Below, in pieces: positions 61,521 to 64,000 of a DNA stretch of 64,000 nt (its first letter is position 1; every line of letters begins with the position of its first letter). The DNA is taken from NCBI GenBank assembly GCA_041572475.1, contig JBFFSI010000005.1, positions 475 through 64,474 of the forward strand. Reading direction: 5' to 3'. Both the position numbers and the translations under genes were made by a program. The notes beneath the pieces were generated by a model. That model did no database searches. It saw nothing but the letters and a program-made list of their open reading frames with translations, and had not been told where the DNA came from. This DNA comes from Woeseiaceae bacterium. GTDB lineage: Bacteria > Pseudomonadota > Gammaproteobacteria > Steroidobacterales > Woeseiaceae.

Positions 61521-63830
61521 ATGGCGATCATCGAGGAGCTCACTCGCCGCAGGCTCATCCAGACGGCCGCGCTGTATGTCGCGATTGCCTGGGGCGGCAC
61601 CGAGATACTCGTCTTCCTGACGGAAAGCCTGTTCACGGAGGCGGCCGCACGAGAGGTGAGGCGCTACCTCGCGATACTGCTGATTGCCGGCTTCCCGGCC
61701 GCGATGTACCTGGCGTGGACCCGGGATCTCCGACGGACAGCGCGGCGCATCGTCAGCGCCTTGGCCGTTGCGGTTCTCGTGGCGGGCGTGATTATCTACC
61801 TCATTCCGCCGCCGGAGCCGGACGGTGCACTGGCCGTGACCGAAAACTCGATTGCGGTGCTGCCTTTCGAAGTCTGTGAGGATCGTGCGAGCGACCGCAC
61901 GCTTGCCGCTGGCCTGGCCGGCGCCGTGTTCAACCGCCTGGCGCAACGCGACCGTCTCAAAGTGATGGGGCGGCGCTCGGTCGATACCGTGGTGGCGACC
62001 GCGCCGTCCGTGACGACGATCGCCGACCTGCTTGGCGTCGAGTACATGCTGCAGGGCGTTCTCTGCCGGGACGGACTTAACCTGAGCGTGCAGGCCGAGC
62101 TGACGGACAATAATGGCTTCACGGTCTGGGCGCAGGAATTTACCCAGGTCGTCAATCGTTTCGACCAGGTTGAAGCACGACTGGCCTCGTTGGTTGCTGA
62201 TGGCGTAGCGGTCCGGCTCGGCGACGCCATTGCCGGGCCACAGGACAGGGCCATCGACGGCAAGGCACTGGAGCACTTCCTGATCGGGCAGGAGTACCTG
62301 CGGCGGCGTGACAAGGACAAGGCGCGCACCGAGTTCGAGAAAGCACTCGCGATTCAGCCCGATTACGCCGAGGCCCGGTTCGAGCTGGCCTGGGCCACGG
62401 CCGATATCCGGCTTTTCGAAAACCAGGCGGATGGCTTGAAGCACGTGCGTGCGTCTACCGAAGAGGCGCTGGTGCTGGTCAGGGCCGAGCTGCAGCGAGA
62501 TGCTGGGAGCTTCGAAACCAGTCGTATCGCCGGCCGCTTACTGCTTTCTCTCGGTCAACTCGAAGACGCGCTGGTCTACCGGGAATTTCACGAGATCGGC
62601 GCAGACGGCGTCGCGGCCAGCCGGGCGAGGTCACAGGCATACTACACCGAGGCTGAGCAGCATTTCCGTTCGGCGCTGGCCGCCAATCCGAGCGCAACGG
62701 AGGTGCGTGTAGGAACGGCCGTCAGCATGGACAGCCAGGGCGTAGCGCGCCGCAGGGAATCCCTTCGGCTGGTGCTGGACGGACTGGACCGGCGGGATCC
62801 GTTCAACGAGGACCTGAGCGAGCTTGCCGCCTACCGGCTGGTCGAATTCGGCCGACTGCGCGAGGCGATGGAGAGGCTCGATCGCTTCGAGGCTCTGCCA
62901 CAGGGCAAGAGTATCGGACTATGGTGGACCCAGCTCGAGATCCTGCAAAACCAGGGCCGTGTGGATGAAAAATTCGCGAAGCTGATCGAAATTCTGCACC
63001 AACGTCCGGAACTCTATAAGCAGCTCAGAATTCTCTATCACCTGTGGTGGACGGTAAGCGGGATCGGGATGTTGGGCCTCGTCGAGCAGGCTGAGGAACT
63101 CTACGAGGCTGTCGCGAAAATACCGAATCCCGAGCACCAGGATGCAGAGGAGTTTCGGCGGATGTTCCTGGCAGGCCCGGAAGATGTTGACGCGGACGGG
63201 CATGGCGAGGTGAACGACCCAGGGATCGCGGAGTTCGTCGGCATGAGTAACGATGAGATCCTCAAGACCTGGCAGATCGAAGCAGGCGGGATTGCCGGCG
63301 CGTTCTGGAATGCGGGAGAAAGGGAGCGGGCGATCGAGTTGCTCGAGGCGCTGCAGCACTACCCGTACCCGCCGACCGTCTGGGCGGAACGGCGCATGGG
63401 TTATCCAATGCTTCTGGCCGGCATGTACATGGAGATGGGGCGCAGCGACGATGCTGCAGCCGTGTTGCAGCGAGTCGTTACGGAGCTGCAGGCCGAGGTC
63501 GATGCCGGCGTACGCCACCATTCGACCGTGTCGCTGTTGGCCGAAGCCTACGGCCGGCAAGGGAATCTCGATGCAGCGCTGGATATGCTGGAACTGGCCG
63601 TCGACTACGGTGCGTACGACGTTTATGACGCCGGGGAGCCCGCAGAACAGGATCCCGAAGACTCGAACTGGAGGACCCAAGTCAAGGACGACCCCCGATT
63701 TGTCCAGCTCCGCTCACGCATGTCGGCATACGTCGAACAGCAGCGCTCGAACATCCGTGCGCTGTTGGCACAGAACGACATCGAGGCATTGCTGGCGCCG
63801 CTGATGGAGCCGGAGGCGCAGCCCGAATAG
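61521..63830 (+). CDS. Membrane-anchored TolB-N-like plus TPR-repeat protein
   Basis: N-terminal RRRLIQTAALYVAIAWGGTEILVFL helix. SIAVLPFEVCEDRASDRTLAAGLAGAV... (TolB-N-like module). Long TPR-like C-terminal helical repeats. Confidence 0.65.
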   Translation: MAIIEELTRRRLIQTAALYVAIAWGGTEILVFLTESLFTEAAAREVRRYLAILLIAGFPAAMYLAWTRDLRRTARRIVSALAVAVLVAGVIIYLIPPPEPDGALAVTENSIAVLPFEVCEDRASDRTLAAGLAGAVFNRLAQRDRLKVMGRRSVDTVVATAPSVTTIADLLGVEYMLQGVLCRDGLNLSVQAELTDNNGFTVWAQEFTQVVNRFDQVEARLASLVADGVAVRLGDAIAGPQDRAIDGKALEHFLIGQEYLRRRDKDKARTEFEKALAIQPDYAEARFELAWATADIRLFENQADGLKHVRASTEEALVLVRAELQRDAGSFETSRIAGRLLLSLGQLEDALVYREFHEIGADGVAASRARSQAYYTEAEQHFRSALAANPSATEVRVGTAVSMDSQGVARRRESLRLVLDGLDRRDPFNEDLSELAAYRLVEFGRLREAMERLDRFEALPQGKSIGLWWTQLEILQNQGRVDEKFAKLIEILHQRPELYKQLRILYHLWWTVSGIGMLGLVEQAEELYEAVAKIPNPEHQDAEEFRRMFLAGPEDVDADGHGEVNDPGIAEFVGMSNDEILKTWQIEAGGIAGAFWNAGERERAIELLEALQHYPYPPTVWAERRMGYPMLLAGMYMEMGRSDDAAAVLQRVVTELQAEVDAGVRHHSTVSLLAEAYGRQGNLDAALDMLELAVDYGAYDVYDAGEPAEQDPEDSNWRTQVKDDPRFVQLRSRMSAYVEQQRSNIRALLAQNDIEALLAPLMEPEAQPE

Positions 63831-64000
63831 GCTCGCCGTTCAGTCGCGGCTGAAGCGGCTCCTGTACGGAATGAAACGCTAACGATTACTCGGGAACGAG
63901 AATTGCGCCTTCTCTCGCACGCCACCTGATGGCCAGCGCTGCGTGATCGTCTTGCGCCGCGTGTAAAACCTTACGCTGTCAGGGCCGTAGGCGTACAGGT

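Noticed and set aside
195-62444. Many long ORFs lie antisense to, or out of frame with, the called genes. Examples: 195-1142(-), 2869-3714(+), 4161-5240(-), 8808-10208(-), 14241-15788(+), 15890-17404(-), 23218-24927(+), 28417-29955(-), 30312-31841(-), 35368-36591(-), 37914-39233(-), 48853-50550(-), 50985-53066(-), 55752-58475(-), 61314-62444(-).
   Set aside because: These are typical shadow ORFs of GC-rich DNA. Their translations are Arg/Ala/Pro/Gly-rich low-complexity strings with no recognisable motifs. The overlapping frame I called carries unambiguous family signatures in every case.
1-64000. Searched by eye for CRISPR arrays, tRNA or rRNA genes, IS elements, transposases, integrases, prophage genes, toxin-antitoxin pairs and restriction or other defence systems.
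   Set aside because: None was found. There are no regularly spaced direct repeats, no T-arm or anticodon-arm patterns, no DDE or tyrosine-recombinase-like translations, and no abrupt compositional islands apart from short AT-rich promoter regions. The window looks like core chromosome, not a mobile or defence island.
63831-64000. A partial gene at the right edge of the window.
   Set aside because: All frames I translated on both strands hit stops within about 30 codons or give low-complexity sequence. Nothing is supportable from 170 nt.

Overview
This is a GC-rich (about two-thirds G+C by eye, not computed), gene-dense bacterial chromosomal window with about 60 credible CDS. I saw no rRNA, tRNA, CRISPR array, transposase or integrase. 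All family calls come from motif recognition in the supplied translations; no database search was possible.

The centre (about 22.3-44.2 kb) is a sulfur-oxidation island. On the minus strand, dsrE3-tusA-sorA-sorB are followed by prk-gph. Diverging from them is an 18-gene co-directional run with intergenic gaps from -4 to 67 nt:
- an HDAC/AcuC-type Zn deacylase
- two LipS-type radical-SAM proteins
- an sLpl(AB)-type lipoate-protein ligase
- a GATase1-like protein lacking its nucleophile Cys
- a DsrE-family protein
- sHdrC1-B1-A-Hyp-C2-B2
- a small Cys-rich ORF
- the lipoate-binding protein LbpA
- an ArsR/sHdrR-like regulator
- a FadL-type outer-membrane channel
- a periplasmic DUF302-like protein
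- a class-V PLP (cysteine-desulfurase-like) enzyme

The run ends 2 nt from a convergent DsrMK/HdrED-like membrane redox pair. The sHdr-LbpA core and its lipoate-assembly genes are an already described system. The non-canonical additions are the most interesting part: the deacylase, the Cys-less GATase, the wedged ORF, the regulator-FadL coupling and the MK module.

The flanks carry:
- a GlyGly-CTERM-like metalloprotease
- an EF-G paralogue with a His-to-Tyr change at the catalytic position
- malic enzyme and a plant-type methionine gamma-lyase-like enzyme
- a candidate ~350-nt GGA-rich sRNA with promoter and terminator
- a TetR unit with three identical operator palindromes
- cbbR, malate synthase G and C2-metabolism genes
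- two TauE-family exporters
- a PQQ-dehydrogenase-like/cytochrome c lipoprotein
- the Na+-pumping oxaloacetate decarboxylase operon oadGAB
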